A stretch of 64,000 nucleotides of DNA from positions 637,710-701,709 of the forward strand of contig OZ246418.1 in the NCBI GenBank assembly GCA_965231155.1, written 5' to 3'. Made by a program: the position numbers and the translations under genes. The stretch's first letter is position 1, and each line of letters opens with the position of its first letter. Shown piece by piece: positions 9,785 to 19,269 of the stretch. The stretch is from an uncultured Candidatus Saccharibacteria bacterium (GTDB lineage: Bacteria > Patescibacteriota > Minisyncoccia > UBA6257 > 2-01-FULL-56-20). The notes beneath the pieces were generated by a model. It had not been told where the DNA came from, did not search any database, and saw only the letters and a list, made by a program, of their open reading frames with translations.

Positions 9785-10492
9785 ATGAAAGTCCATAGAT
9801 TCATTGGGGGGTTCGATCTTGGCGATAAGAATATCGTCGTTCAGGATACGGAGTTGGTTCATCAGATAGTGAAGGTTTTGAAGTTACAGAAAGGGGAGGC
9901 GGTGATTCTAAGCGACGGTCAGGGCATCGAGCGTCTTGGAGAAATTAAAAATATTGGTCGTAATCAGGTGATGATTGAGTTCAAGGAAAAGATGCGGAAA
10001 AATAGAATGGAAGGACCTGAGGTAGTGTTGTATTTAGCCATCCTTAAGAAAGAGAATTTTGAGTTGGTGGCACAGAAGGCCACTGAGGTGGGTGTTTCTA
10101 CGATTGTGCCGATTATTACCGAACGAACAGTAAAATTAAACCTCCAAAGTGAACGGATAAAAAAGATTATCAAGGAGGCGTCCGAGCAGTCTGGTCGAAG
10201 CAGTGTTCCACAGTTATTACCCACTATTTCTTTTTTAGAATCATTAGGACAAATACCAAAAAACGAGGAGAGATGGTTTTTTGATATCGAGGGGGAGTCG
10301 TTGCAGTCAGTTTCTCGAACGAAAGAAATGAAGGGCAGGATTCATATTTTTATTGGTCCAGAAGGTGGTTGGAGTGAGGAGGAGAAACTGCAGGCAAAAA
10401 AGAAAGGTTGCAAGATGATTTCTATGGGTAGTTTAACTTTGCGTGGAGAGACGGCGGCCATTATTGGTTCTTATCTCGCGGTTAACCAGTAA
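9785..10492 (+). CDS. rsmE: 16S rRNA m3U1498 methyltransferase
   Basis: QKATEVGV, EASEQSGR, IGPEGGWS, LRGETAA. Confidence 0.95.
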   Translation: MKVHRFIGGFDLGDKNIVVQDTELVHQIVKVLKLQKGEAVILSDGQGIERLGEIKNIGRNQVMIEFKEKMRKNRMEGPEVVLYLAILKKENFELVAQKATEVGVSTIVPIITERTVKLNLQSERIKKIIKEASEQSGRSSVPQLLPTISFLESLGQIPKNEERWFFDIEGESLQSVSRTKEMKGRIHIFIGPEGGWSEEEKLQAKKKGCKMISMGSLTLRGETAAIIGSYLAVNQ

Positions 10493-10494
10493 CT

Positions 10495-11526
10495 ATGTCG
10501 AAGTTTTCCTTGGATCAGTATGATTTTTCTTTTCCTGAAAATCTGATTGCTCAGAAACCGGTTTCACCTCGGGATGCGGCCCGGTTAATGGTCTATGACC
10601 GAAAGGAGAAGAGGGTGGCGTTGGACACATTTGCCCACCTTGGTCGCTACCTTCCTCCACGTTCTGTGTTGGTTATTAATGAGACAAAAGTGGTGCCCGC
10701 TCGGCTGACTGTGCATAAGAGAACTGGTGGTCGGGTGAAGCTACTTTTTCTAAGAGAGCAGGATGGTTTCTGGGAGGTTTTGTCGGATAGAAAATTAAAA
10801 ATAGGGGAGGTGTTGAGTGTTGATGCGACTAAGAAATTAGTCGTTCAGAAACAGGCCGAAGCAATTTTTTATCTTCAGCCATCATTCCCAATCAGTCAGA
10901 CGTTTCGTTTGCTGGATATTTGTGGTGAAACTCCTATTCCGCCATATATTAAACACTCACCACTTTCTGAGAAGAAATTACGAGGAGAGTATCAGGCAGT
11001 TTTTGCAAAAAAGAAAGGTTCGGTGGCAGCGCCGACTGCTTCGTTGCATTTTACAAATAAGTTGATTCAAAGCTTGGAAAAGCAGGGTCATAGCGTGGTG
11101 CGACTGGTTTTGCATGTTGGACTCGGCACTTTTTCTCCGGTTACAGAGGAGCAGTTGAGAGCTAAAAAATTGCATCAGGAGTTTTATGAGATTACTCCTC
11201 GGGTCGCGGAATTTTTAGAGAGAGCAAAAAAGGAGGGAAGGCCGATTATCCCAGTGGGGACGACTGCCCTAAGAGCTCTTGAATCAGCGGCCGGGAGGGG
11301 ACCGAGACTTGAAAAATTATCTGGAGAGACAGACTTATTCATCCAGGAGGGGTACAAGTTTAAGTTTACGAGCGGGTTGATTACAAACTTCCATGTACCC
11401 CGTTCAAGTTTATTAATGCTTGTATCAGCTCTGGCCTCTCGGAAAGAGGTTCTGAGTCTTTATCGCCTGGCAGTTGAGGAAAAATTCAGGTTATTTTCCT
11501 TTGGTGATGGGATGCTTATTTTTTAG
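10495..11526 (+). CDS. queA: S-adenosylmethionine:tRNA ribosyltransferase-isomerase
   Basis: LIAQKP, PIPPYI, GSVAAPTASLHF, LHVGLGTF, VGTTALRALE, TNFHVPRSS, FSFGDGM. Confidence 0.96.
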   Translation: MSKFSLDQYDFSFPENLIAQKPVSPRDAARLMVYDRKEKRVALDTFAHLGRYLPPRSVLVINETKVVPARLTVHKRTGGRVKLLFLREQDGFWEVLSDRKLKIGEVLSVDATKKLVVQKQAEAIFYLQPSFPISQTFRLLDICGETPIPPYIKHSPLSEKKLRGEYQAVFAKKKGSVAAPTASLHFTNKLIQSLEKQGHSVVRLVLHVGLGTFSPVTEEQLRAKKLHQEFYEITPRVAEFLERAKKEGRPIIPVGTTALRALESAAGRGPRLEKLSGETDLFIQEGYKFKFTSGLITNFHVPRSSLLMLVSALASRKEVLSLYRLAVEEKFRLFSFGDGMLIF

Positions 11527-11587
11527 CCACAGAGAGGAAAAAATGCTACAATGCCGGGGTCGAACATTTAACTAAATTTAATCAAAA

Positions 11588-12385
11588 ATGACAGATTATA
11601 AAGCGAAGTTAGGGATAGTGTATGCCATTGTTGGTTTGGGCATTATGTATGCAGCGATTGTCTATGCTGGTGCTTTCGCGCGATCGATCCAGCCGTCTTC
11701 ATTTCGTAGTTTTTCGGTTGCTGGCGAGGGGAAGGTGGTGGCCGTGCCGGACGTGGCTCAGTTTTCTTTCGGTGTAGTCACTGAGGGAGGAAAAGATTTG
11801 GCTAAGATTAATACTGATAATACCAATCAGTACAACAAAGCCGTTGATTTTTTGAAGAGCAAAGGAGTGGCTAAGGAGGATATTGAAACAACTGAAAGTA
11901 GTATCCTTCCTCGTCAGCAGACCTATAACTGTTATCAGTCAGTGGTAGTTGGTGGCGCTGTTCGTCCATGTCCACCAGCAGAAGTTGTGGGGTATACCGT
12001 GAGAAAGAGTGTTTCGGTAAAGATTCGTGACTTTGCGAAGATTGGTGAGGTGATGGCCGGCGTCGTGGATAATGGCGCGAATGAGGTTAGCGGTTTGAGC
12101 TTTATGATTGATGATCGGAGCAAGGTAGAGAATCAGGCACGTGAGAAAGCCATTACTCAGGCTAAGGAAAAAGCGAAGGCTATTGCGAAGGCGGGCGGTT
12201 TCCGCTTGGGGAGACTCTTGGCTATCGAGGAGGGTGGAATGATGCCTTACTATGATCGTGGATATACTGTGGCAAATGAAATGCTAGGTTTTGGTGCAGG
12301 TGGAAAAGCATCTCCAGCAGCCTCGATTGAACCAGGCTCAGACAAGGTGATGATCAATGTTTCCTTGCGGTACGAAATCAACTAG
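11588..12385 (+). CDS. SIMPL (DUF541/BP26-like) domain protein
   Basis: N-terminal TM; VAGEGKVVAVPDVA, GANEVSGLSF, AREKAI..AKEKA, IEPG. Confidence 0.9.
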   Translation: MTDYKAKLGIVYAIVGLGIMYAAIVYAGAFARSIQPSSFRSFSVAGEGKVVAVPDVAQFSFGVVTEGGKDLAKINTDNTNQYNKAVDFLKSKGVAKEDIETTESSILPRQQTYNCYQSVVVGGAVRPCPPAEVVGYTVRKSVSVKIRDFAKIGEVMAGVVDNGANEVSGLSFMIDDRSKVENQAREKAITQAKEKAKAIAKAGGFRLGRLLAIEEGGMMPYYDRGYTVANEMLGFGAGGKASPAASIEPGSDKVMINVSLRYEIN

Positions 12386-12390
12386 CGCTC

Positions 12391-12443
12391 GCCTTTTCTT
12401 AATTTTCCATATCCGAAAGGCATAATGGAAAATTAAAAAAGGC
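12391..12443 (+). repeat. Intergenic long hairpin, copy 1 of a two-copy motif
   Basis: TTAATTTTCCAT-atccgaaaggcata-ATGGAAAATTAA, extended by GCCTTTT/AAAAGGC; apex nearly identical to 14202-14251. Confidence 0.75.
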
Positions 12444-12465
12444 TCGCTGAGTGTAACTGATTGTA

Positions 12466-12502
12466 ATCAAAAAACTCCTCATTGATTGAGGAGTTTTTTG
12501 AT
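12466..12502. terminator. Bidirectional intrinsic terminator
   Basis: ATCAAAAAACTCCTC-attgatt-GAGGAGTTTTTTGAT between convergent SIMPL gene and tig. Confidence 0.85.
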
Positions 12503-12519
12503 ACTAAGCGATCGAGATG

Positions 12520-13575
12520 CTAAGCAGTAACGTCTGGCTGGTTTTCGAGCGACCTTAGAACTGCTTCGTTACGAATGGCTAGTTCTACGTAGGATCGTAT
12601 TTGGTTTTCGTTGGCGTTTGGGTGGACTTTCTTGAGGCGGGCAATCTCGGCAGATACCTCGTCTTCGGGAGGATTAATCTTCTCAGCTTCGGCGATGTCT
12701 TCAAGAAGGAAACGGAGCTTTGTCTGATTTTCGATTTGTTCGCGCTTTTCTTTTTTGAACTGCTCCTCAGTTTTATTCAGTTTTTTTACATAATCCTCGA
12801 GACTCAGGTTGGCTTCTTTTAGGTCCTCCAAGATGCGATTGAAACTGGCATCAAATTCTTCGTCGACTACCTCTGGGGGGAGGACGATAGTGCTTGCCTG
12901 GATTAGCTCCTTGGCGAAGTTCTCTCGTTTCTCTCGGGCTCGTTCACTTTTTCTCTGAGCGAGCATATCTTCTCGGATTTTATTCTTGAAATCCTCAACA
13001 CTTTCGAAGGGTCCGAGTTTTTTTACAAACTCATCAGTGAGTTCGGCGGGAATCTGAGCTTCCTCATTTCCGGCTCGACTCCTGATCTGATTTTCCATAT
13101 CGAGGAGCTGTTTGATGAAAACTTCCACCTCTTCTTCTTTGAGTTCGGGAGGAATGTCATTCGCGAAAGCTTTTTTGCCAATTTTTTTATAGTCGGGGAG
13201 TTTGATCTCTGGACGAACGGCCACTTCAGCCTTGAATCCCATAGGATTATTGGGGGCAAGCTTAGTGATGGAGATCTGAGGAATGGCTAGTGGTTTCAAG
13301 TCGTGGTCAGCGATGATCTGAGGATAGACCCTGCGGAGGGCAGTTTCAGCTGCTTCTTCGAGGAGGTGTCCTTTATTGACCCGTTCAATGAAGATGTTTT
13401 CAGGGACGTGGCCTTTTCGGAAGCCAGGCGCTTCAAAGTCTTTGCGGAGGGTTTCAACTGTTTCTTGGTAACTTTCTGCAAATGCTTCGGCGGTGACTTC
13501 GCCTTCAATTGAGACTCGCGAATCGGCTAACTTTTTGATCTTTATATTTTGGTAATCTTTTTGTGTAGTAGTCAT
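12520..13575 (-). CDS. tig: Trigger factor lacking the FKBP PPIase domain
   Basis: PGFRKGHVP ribosome-binding motif; ELTDEFVKKLG and C-terminal SurA-like domain; only 351 aa. Confidence 0.92.
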   Translation of the reverse strand: MTTTQKDYQNIKIKKLADSRVSIEGEVTAEAFAESYQETVETLRKDFEAPGFRKGHVPENIFIERVNKGHLLEEAAETALRRVYPQIIADHDLKPLAIPQISITKLAPNNPMGFKAEVAVRPEIKLPDYKKIGKKAFANDIPPELKEEEVEVFIKQLLDMENQIRSRAGNEEAQIPAELTDEFVKKLGPFESVEDFKNKIREDMLAQRKSERAREKRENFAKELIQASTIVLPPEVVDEEFDASFNRILEDLKEANLSLEDYVKKLNKTEEQFKKEKREQIENQTKLRFLLEDIAEAEKINPPEDEVSAEIARLKKVHPNANENQIRSYVELAIRNEAVLRSLENQPDVTA

Positions 13576-13631
13576 AGAATACGGATCAGTATCTCAAAAA
13601 AGATCCTGAAAAACAAGTGCAGTTTTGGTTT

Positions 13632-14153
13632 CTAGGCGGTCGTAAGACCAGAGAGGAACGAGTGTAAGAAGAAGGTGGTAAGAAGGATAATGGCGAGAAT
13701 GGCGAGTTGAATAGGGATGCCACTGGGCCAGGCTTCGAGTTTCTTTTTGGCATGGATGCTGATGTGGAGTCTTTGGAGCGTGGTGAGTGGTTCTCGGCGG
13801 ATTTTCCAGTAGGCGAACTGGAGAGGATCAGGCAGGATACCAAAGAAAGCGCCACCAACAATGAGCCATGGATTATAGAGATGGGACGGAAAGAGGAGGT
13901 AGCTTAGTCCGATGCCAAGGCAGAAGTCGATGCCGATTTTTGTGAGATCAACGACCGATTTTTTATTAATAACAAAATCGTTCTTGAGGGGATCTTTATT
14001 TCTGGTGAAGGATTTAGTTTTGTAGTCCCAGTGGGGGATGGCATCGGCAAAAAAATGACTGACAAAGGCCATTGACCAGGCAAGGGGATAGTATGGTGCA
14101 GGAAACAGAGAGGCGGTGGCGGCACCAATGAGGCCATGAGTGGTGAGTGTCAT
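13632..14153 (-). CDS. Membrane-bound putative metal-dependent hydrolase (YdjM-like His/Asp motifs)
   Basis: THGLIG, SHFFADAIPH, LPD, LH..IH; several TM helices; ATG 14153 preferred. Confidence 0.65.
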   Translation of the reverse strand: MTLTTHGLIGAATASLFPAPYYPLAWSMAFVSHFFADAIPHWDYKTKSFTRNKDPLKNDFVINKKSVVDLTKIGIDFCLGIGLSYLLFPSHLYNPWLIVGGAFFGILPDPLQFAYWKIRREPLTTLQRLHISIHAKKKLEAWPSGIPIQLAILAIILLTTFFLHSFLSGLTTA

Positions 14154-14201
14154 ATGGGCCACAATATACCGTATTTTTGACTTTCCGGCAAGACTTCATT
14201 A

Positions 14202-14251
14202 CCTTAATTTTCTATCCATATCCAAAAGGCATAATGGATAGGAAATTAAGG
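14202..14251 (+). repeat. Intergenic long hairpin, copy 2
   Basis: CCTTAATTTTCTATCCAT-atccaaaaggcata-ATGGATAGGAAATTAAGG, 18-bp stem with one G-U pair. Confidence 0.75.
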
Positions 14252-14312
14252 CGGCTTTGAAAAGAAGGAGGGGGATGAATGGAAAAAATCTCACGAGTGG
14301 TATAATGGGCAT

Positions 14313-14639
14313 ATGATTTCATATGATGATTTTGTAAAAACAGAGTTGCGAGTGGCAAAGATTCTTGAGGCGGAGCGAGTCGAGGGGTCGGAGAAGCTTT
14401 TAAAGTTGAAAGTTGATATAGGGAGTGAGACGAGACAGATTATCGCCGGAATTGGGAAGCATTATAGCCCCGAAGATCTGGTGGGGACGTCGATTGTGAT
14501 TGTGGCGAATCTCGAACCAAGGGCCTTAATGGGCTTAGAGAGTCAGGGGATGCTTTTGGCTGCCAGTGACGAAGGGAAAACTTCCCTGGTCCTCGTTCGC
14601 CCGGACAAAGACATTGCTCCCGGCAGTCTTATTGGTTAA
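14313..14639 (+). CDS. Stand-alone tRNA-binding OB-fold protein (MetRS beta-subunit/Trbp111/CsaA family)
   Basis: ISYDDF..ELRVAKI, KLLKLKVDIG, RQIIAGI, ANLEPR..MGLESQGMLLAA; TGGTATAAT 6 nt before ATG. Confidence 0.92.
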   Translation: MISYDDFVKTELRVAKILEAERVEGSEKLLKLKVDIGSETRQIIAGIGKHYSPEDLVGTSIVIVANLEPRALMGLESQGMLLAASDEGKTSLVLVRPDKDIAPGSLIG

Positions 14640-14647
14640 GGAGGAGG

Positions 14648-15295
14648 ATGATCGACCTTGGATTCCTGTCTCAGGTTGCTATTTGGTTACCACCAGTCAT
14701 ACATGGCTTCTTTTTTGCTGTTGTATGTCTCGCGTATCAGAGGAGGACTTATCTCGGTGATAAATATCTTTGGACACTCTATCTAATCACTTTTTCGGCC
14801 CTCATCTTTCGTGTCGGATATGCTATTTTTCTAACTACGACACAGTACCTCGTCTGGTCGGGACAGAGGATAGGTTCAATTCTCATTGACCTACCTCTCG
14901 CAAAGCCAGGCGGTACGAACTTTCTGGATTATCAGTTCAGTTATTTCACTTTTTATGCGTTTGATCGTTTTTGGTTGAATTTGATTTTCACCCTCCTCCT
15001 CACGTGTCTTTTCGTTCTTTTCCTTAGACTTCTTACTCACTACCGTGCCAGATTTTTTAATGTGGGAGAGATCGAGCTTGGAGGGTTATTAGTACTCCTT
15101 TCCGGTTGGCCGAATGGTCTCATTTTTATTGCACTAAGCTTAATTACCGTAATTTTCTTATCCCTCTATCGTCTTATTCGGCAAAAAGGCACCCTAACGA
15201 CCCTAGGTTTGCCGTTTTTGGTATCTGCCGGGATAGTTCTCATTTGGGGAGGCTTTCTCGCTTCCTCGTTTGGATTAGGGGTCTTCGTTGTTTGA
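14648..15295 (+). CDS. Polytopic membrane protein, weakly prepilin-peptidase (A24)-like C-terminus
   Basis: About 6 TM segments; GEIELG..L...GW and LGLPFL resemble GDVKL and PFGPFL. Confidence 0.6.
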   Translation: MIDLGFLSQVAIWLPPVIHGFFFAVVCLAYQRRTYLGDKYLWTLYLITFSALIFRVGYAIFLTTTQYLVWSGQRIGSILIDLPLAKPGGTNFLDYQFSYFTFYAFDRFWLNLIFTLLLTCLFVLFLRLLTHYRARFFNVGEIELGGLLVLLSGWPNGLIFIALSLITVIFLSLYRLIRQKGTLTTLGLPFLVSAGIVLIWGGFLASSFGLGVFVV

Positions 15296-15351
15296 TTGAT
15301 GGCGAGATAGAAAAAAATACTAAGAAATTGAGTTATAAGATCGTCTTTTCC

Positions 15352-15380
15352 TTTACAAAGTGAAAACTAGGGAATATGAT
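15352..15380 (+). promoter_or_regulatory. Sigma70-type promoter
   Basis: TTTACA, 17 nt, TATGAT, then 6 nt to ATG 15387. Confidence 0.55.
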
Positions 15381-15386
15381 GGGGGC

Positions 15387-18300
15387 ATGAAAAAATCCAT
15401 TTTGGGGTCAGTTGATTTAGGTCTCAAAAAGGTCGGAGCAGTTATCAATATCTTTGCTCTGGTTGCTATTTTGTTTTCTCCATTTTTAGTTAATGTACCA
15501 ATCGCTGCGGCTGCTGACACAGTTATCTTTACAGAAAACTTTGAACAATCTGGGAATGCGATAGCTAATAGTTGGCGAACTGCCTCCGGGTCTGATGCTC
15601 CAGGTAGTGATACTCGAATAAGCAGTACAGATGATTCATGGGGTGGTGTGGAAGTGAGTGGTAAGGCGCTTCTTATTGAAGGTGCTGCCGGTGGTAATCC
15701 TGATGAGGGGGTGGAGCGGGATATTTCTACGCATGGTTACGCCACACTAAAGATTCAGTACTCTCGAGCTTTAAATGGAGTTGAGTCGGATGATCTATTC
15801 GTTGCCCAGTATTCTTTAGATGATGGCGCTTTCACAAATCTAGAAACTTTAAATGCTGATCAAGTTCATGCCGTGTCTCCAGTTTTCACGATTTCTAATC
15901 CTGACCGGCACACCAAACTCACGTTACGTTTCTACATCAACGGAAGTAACGATAATGACGAGGTGGGTATCGACAACCTGACCGTGTCTGGAGATAATGC
16001 ACCGATTTTCTATGATGGTTTTGAAAGTGATAATTTCACGACTGGTGGATGGAATATTTCCTCTAGCCCTGACGTAACCACGACTGTTTATTGGACTGAT
16101 GATAATACGAGTACTGCTGGACACAGCGCCCACTTCGATGGTGGCGGTTCTGATGACACCATCCTAAAGGCTCAAAGCACTGTTGGGTACAAAAACATTC
16201 GAGTAAGATTCGCTCGTGATATTGATAACATGGGTTCCGGTGAGTATTTCCGTGGGCAGTATTCTACTGACGGAGGAAGTAACTGGACCAACTTAGAATC
16301 TACTGATAATGAATCATTTGCCTCTGTTCTCCCAGGAGTAGCAAACCCCTTGCCCGCAGCAGCAGACAATAATTCAAGTTTTCAGGTTAGATTTCAAACT
16401 AATGGTAATGACAGTGGAGACGATGCTTATTTCGATGATGTTGTTATCTGGGGAGAGGTCGCTGCTACCAGCACGGTGACTGTAGATAAGGTGACCGTAC
16501 CGAGCGCTGATCCGCAGGTGTTCAATTTCACTCTGACCGGCCCAAACAATGCAACCACCAGTCTCACTGATACGCAGACTCCAGTTGCTTTGACTGGTTT
16601 ATCAGCTGGTGACTACACACTCATTGAAACCCCAGTTTCTGATTGGACGCTTTCAAGCGCCAGCTGTAGCGTTGCAACCACCCCATCCAGCACAGGAGTT
16701 ATGTTTACTGTTGGCGAAGGAGCTTCAGTTTCTTGCACCTTCAACAACACCAAACTTGGTTCGATCACCGTGTATAAGAACGTGATCTCGCCGAGCGAGG
16801 CCGATGTTTCCGACGACCACAGTTTCACCGCAACCCTGGATGGCAGCAACCCACAGAGCATCTCTGAAAATGCTTCCTATACTTACAGCAATCTTTTGCC
16901 TGGGGATTACACGATTGGGGAGGAGGTAGACGGTGATTATGATTTTATGAGCTTTTCCGCTGATGCCGAGCCGGAGACTAGCGGCGCGCAGGTTACGGTA
17001 GTAGCGGGGACTGATTTGGCCTTAACGATCACGAATAAACAGAAGAGTGGTCGCTTGATGATCACGAAGAATGTTACGAATCATGGCATCGGTAGTTCAA
17101 CTGCTTCAGAGTTTACGATCAGCGTTACCGGTTCAAACGCCTCGCCTGCTTCTTTCCCGGCCAGTGAGGTTGCGACCGAGGTGACTCTTGATCCAGGAGC
17201 GTACAGCGTTGGCGAATCTGGTCCAAGTGGGTATGCCATGTCTCAGACCGCTGGTTGTTCCGGTACGATTGCCCCAAATCAAACAGTAAACTGTACTGTT
17301 ACAAACAGTGATATTCCAACTGGGCAGGGCGCGATCACCATCATTAAGAATGTTACGAATGACAACGGCGGTACGCTTGGCCCTAACGATTTTACTCTTC
17401 AGGTTACTCCGGAAGGAGGAAGCGTTCAGACGGTAGTGAGTGGCGAGGCTGGATTCTTTGCTACTGGCACCTACACGATTAGTGAAGCTTCGAGCACGGG
17501 ATACACACAGACTGGTCTTAGCTGTACCAACGGTAGTGAATCAAACAGCGGCACCTTCACGCTTGATGAGCAGGAGGCGTATGTTTGTACTATTACCAAC
17601 GATGACAATGTTCCATCGCTAACACTAACGAAGGTCGTTTCCAATCCTTTTGGTGGCTCGGCTACTGCTGCTGATTGGACTCTTTCGGCCACGAGCAGTG
17701 AGGCCAGTACCCTCAGTGGTGTTGGTCCAACCGTTTCGAGTGACAGCGAGTTTGAAGCGGGAACCTACACACTTTCTGAAGCTCCAACAAGTGAAACCTC
17801 GACAATTACCCAGGGGTACGGCGCTTCTGATTGGGTTTGTGTTGGCGGAACACAAGGAGATGGTAATCATGTGACTATCGCGCTTGGTGAATCAGTAACG
17901 TGTACAATTACGAACACTCGTCTTTCCGGAAGTCTTCGAGTAACTAAAGTAGTGGTTGGTGGTACGGCCTCTTCTTCCGCTTTCAGTGTTCACGTGAAGC
18001 AAGACGGGGATGAGATTGAGGGTAGCCCGGCTGCCGGCGATAGCGAAGGAACCCTCTACTCGAACCTTCTAACCGGCAGTTATGCGGTGAGTGAAACCGG
18101 TGGACCAGCAAACTACAACTCATCGTTTAGTGGAAGCTGTGATGAGAGTGGAAATGTGGCCGTAGCTTCGGGTGAGACTGCGAATTGTGTTTTGACGAAT
18201 ACTTTTGATGAGCCTGAACCAGAAACCCCAACACCTCCGAGTGGTGGTGGGGGAGGTGGAGGTTCGTTTGTTCTTGTGCCATCGAGTAATCCAGGCGGAA

Positions 18301-18761
18301 CAACCGGTGCAGGAGCAACTGGTGGAACAACCGGCGGTACAACAGGAGGTGGTCAGACTGGTGGAGGAACTACTGGGGGTGGCACAACTGGCGGAAATGA
18401 AACAGGTGGCGCCGGTGTTACTGGAGAAGGTAATGTTCCGGGTGGTCTTGCCGGAGGTCCTCAGAATCCAGGAGGAAACGTTGGTGGAGGGAATGTAGGA
18501 GGAGGTAATATCGGCGGCGGTAATGTTGGGGGAGCAGCTGGTGTGATCGGTGGCGGAGTAGCAGAAGTTGGTGGTGGTCTTGCCGAGGGGACTGGTGGTG
18601 TTCCAACCTCAACTCAGCTCGCAAACCTTGCCTCTTCGACCGAACAAGTATCTCTTCTCGCTTCTATTCTCGATACTCTTGGTGGCAATATGAATCTCTT
18701 AATTCTTCTCATCGCCATCTTTGGTATCTTGGGTCTTATCTATTACTTTAGTAGGGATTAG
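15387..18761 (+). CDS. Large membrane-anchored surface protein: two jelly-roll-like domains, about six prealbumin/SpaA-like repeats, Gly-rich stalk, C-terminal TM
   Basis: Signal peptide; duplicated F.E(N/G)FE...YSxDGG..W..LE domains; repeats ITxxKxV...GxYxxxE...CTxTN; GG(T/N) stalk; terminal TM. Confidence 0.85.
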   Translation: MKKSILGSVDLGLKKVGAVINIFALVAILFSPFLVNVPIAAAADTVIFTENFEQSGNAIANSWRTASGSDAPGSDTRISSTDDSWGGVEVSGKALLIEGAAGGNPDEGVERDISTHGYATLKIQYSRALNGVESDDLFVAQYSLDDGAFTNLETLNADQVHAVSPVFTISNPDRHTKLTLRFYINGSNDNDEVGIDNLTVSGDNAPIFYDGFESDNFTTGGWNISSSPDVTTTVYWTDDNTSTAGHSAHFDGGGSDDTILKAQSTVGYKNIRVRFARDIDNMGSGEYFRGQYSTDGGSNWTNLESTDNESFASVLPGVANPLPAAADNNSSFQVRFQTNGNDSGDDAYFDDVVIWGEVAATSTVTVDKVTVPSADPQVFNFTLTGPNNATTSLTDTQTPVALTGLSAGDYTLIETPVSDWTLSSASCSVATTPSSTGVMFTVGEGASVSCTFNNTKLGSITVYKNVISPSEADVSDDHSFTATLDGSNPQSISENASYTYSNLLPGDYTIGEEVDGDYDFMSFSADAEPETSGAQVTVVAGTDLALTITNKQKSGRLMITKNVTNHGIGSSTASEFTISVTGSNASPASFPASEVATEVTLDPGAYSVGESGPSGYAMSQTAGCSGTIAPNQTVNCTVTNSDIPTGQGAITIIKNVTNDNGGTLGPNDFTLQVTPEGGSVQTVVSGEAGFFATGTYTISEASSTGYTQTGLSCTNGSESNSGTFTLDEQEAYVCTITNDDNVPSLTLTKVVSNPFGGSATAADWTLSATSSEASTLSGVGPTVSSDSEFEAGTYTLSEAPTSETSTITQGYGASDWVCVGGTQGDGNHVTIALGESVTCTITNTRLSGSLRVTKVVVGGTASSSAFSVHVKQDGDEIEGSPAAGDSEGTLYSNLLTGSYAVSETGGPANYNSSFSGSCDESGNVAVASGETANCVLTNTFDEPEPETPTPPSGGGGGGGSFVLVPSSNPGGTTGAGATGGTTGGTTGGGQTGGGTTGGGTTGGNETGGAGVTGEGNVPGGLAGGPQNPGGNVGGGNVGGGNIGGGNVGGAAGVIGGGVAEVGGGLAEGTGGVPTSTQLANLASSTEQVSLLASILDTLGGNMNLLILLIAIFGILGLIYYFSRD

Positions 18762-18790
18762 TTTCCGAAAGGAGGGTAAGTTGAGTTCCT

Positions 18791-18816
18791 CAAAACACCC
18801 CAATTGGGGTGTTTTG
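18791..18816. terminator. Intrinsic terminator hairpin
   Basis: CAAAACACCCC-aatt-GGGGTGTTTTG. Confidence 0.75.
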
Positions 18817-18849
18817 TTTGCCTTTTCGCAATCGGTGTATAATAGAGTC

Positions 18850-19269
18850 ATGAAGGTCATTCTTAGGGACGACCATAGATATATACTTCGGTTTGATCGT
18901 GGTGAGGATGTGATTGCGGAACTGAAACAGTTTGCGCTTGTAGAGAAGATTGGCGTGGGAACTTTTTCTGGTATTGGTACCACGGACGAGATTGTTATCG
19001 CCTGGTTTGATCCGGATGAAAAACAGTATCACGATCATCATCTTACGAAGAAGCTGGAGATTGTGAGTTTGAATGGGAATATCACACGTTTGGACGGTCA
19101 GCCGATCGTGCATGCGCATGGCAGTTTTTCTGATGTCGAACTACACAACAGATCAGGACACGTGAAGAAGCTCATTGTTTCAGCCACCTGTGAAGTTTCT
19201 TTGATTGCTATGGATGGGGAAATCGAGCGTAAGTTTGACGAGGAAAGTGGGTTATACTTAATGCAATGA
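18850..19269 (+). CDS. PPC/DUF296 domain protein
   Basis: LRFDRGED, SGIG, EIVSLNGNI, HAH, GH motifs; TATAAT 6 nt before ATG 18850. Confidence 0.9.
   Translation: MKVILRDDHRYILRFDRGEDVIAELKQFALVEKIGVGTFSGIGTTDEIVIAWFDPDEKQYHDHHLTKKLEIVSLNGNITRLDGQPIVHAHGSFSDVELHNRSGHVKKLIVSATCEVSLIAMDGEIERKFDEESGLYLMQ

Noticed and set aside
15403-15435. AAAAAGGTC motif shared with 20451-20459 as a regulatory element
   Set aside because: Only two clear instances and one is within coding sequence; not separable from chance without a genome-wide count.
18240-18600. GGT/GGA/GGC-rich tandem-like DNA as a repeat array or CRISPR
   Set aside because: It encodes the Gly-rich stalk with varied codons; there is no constant repeat with unique spacers.
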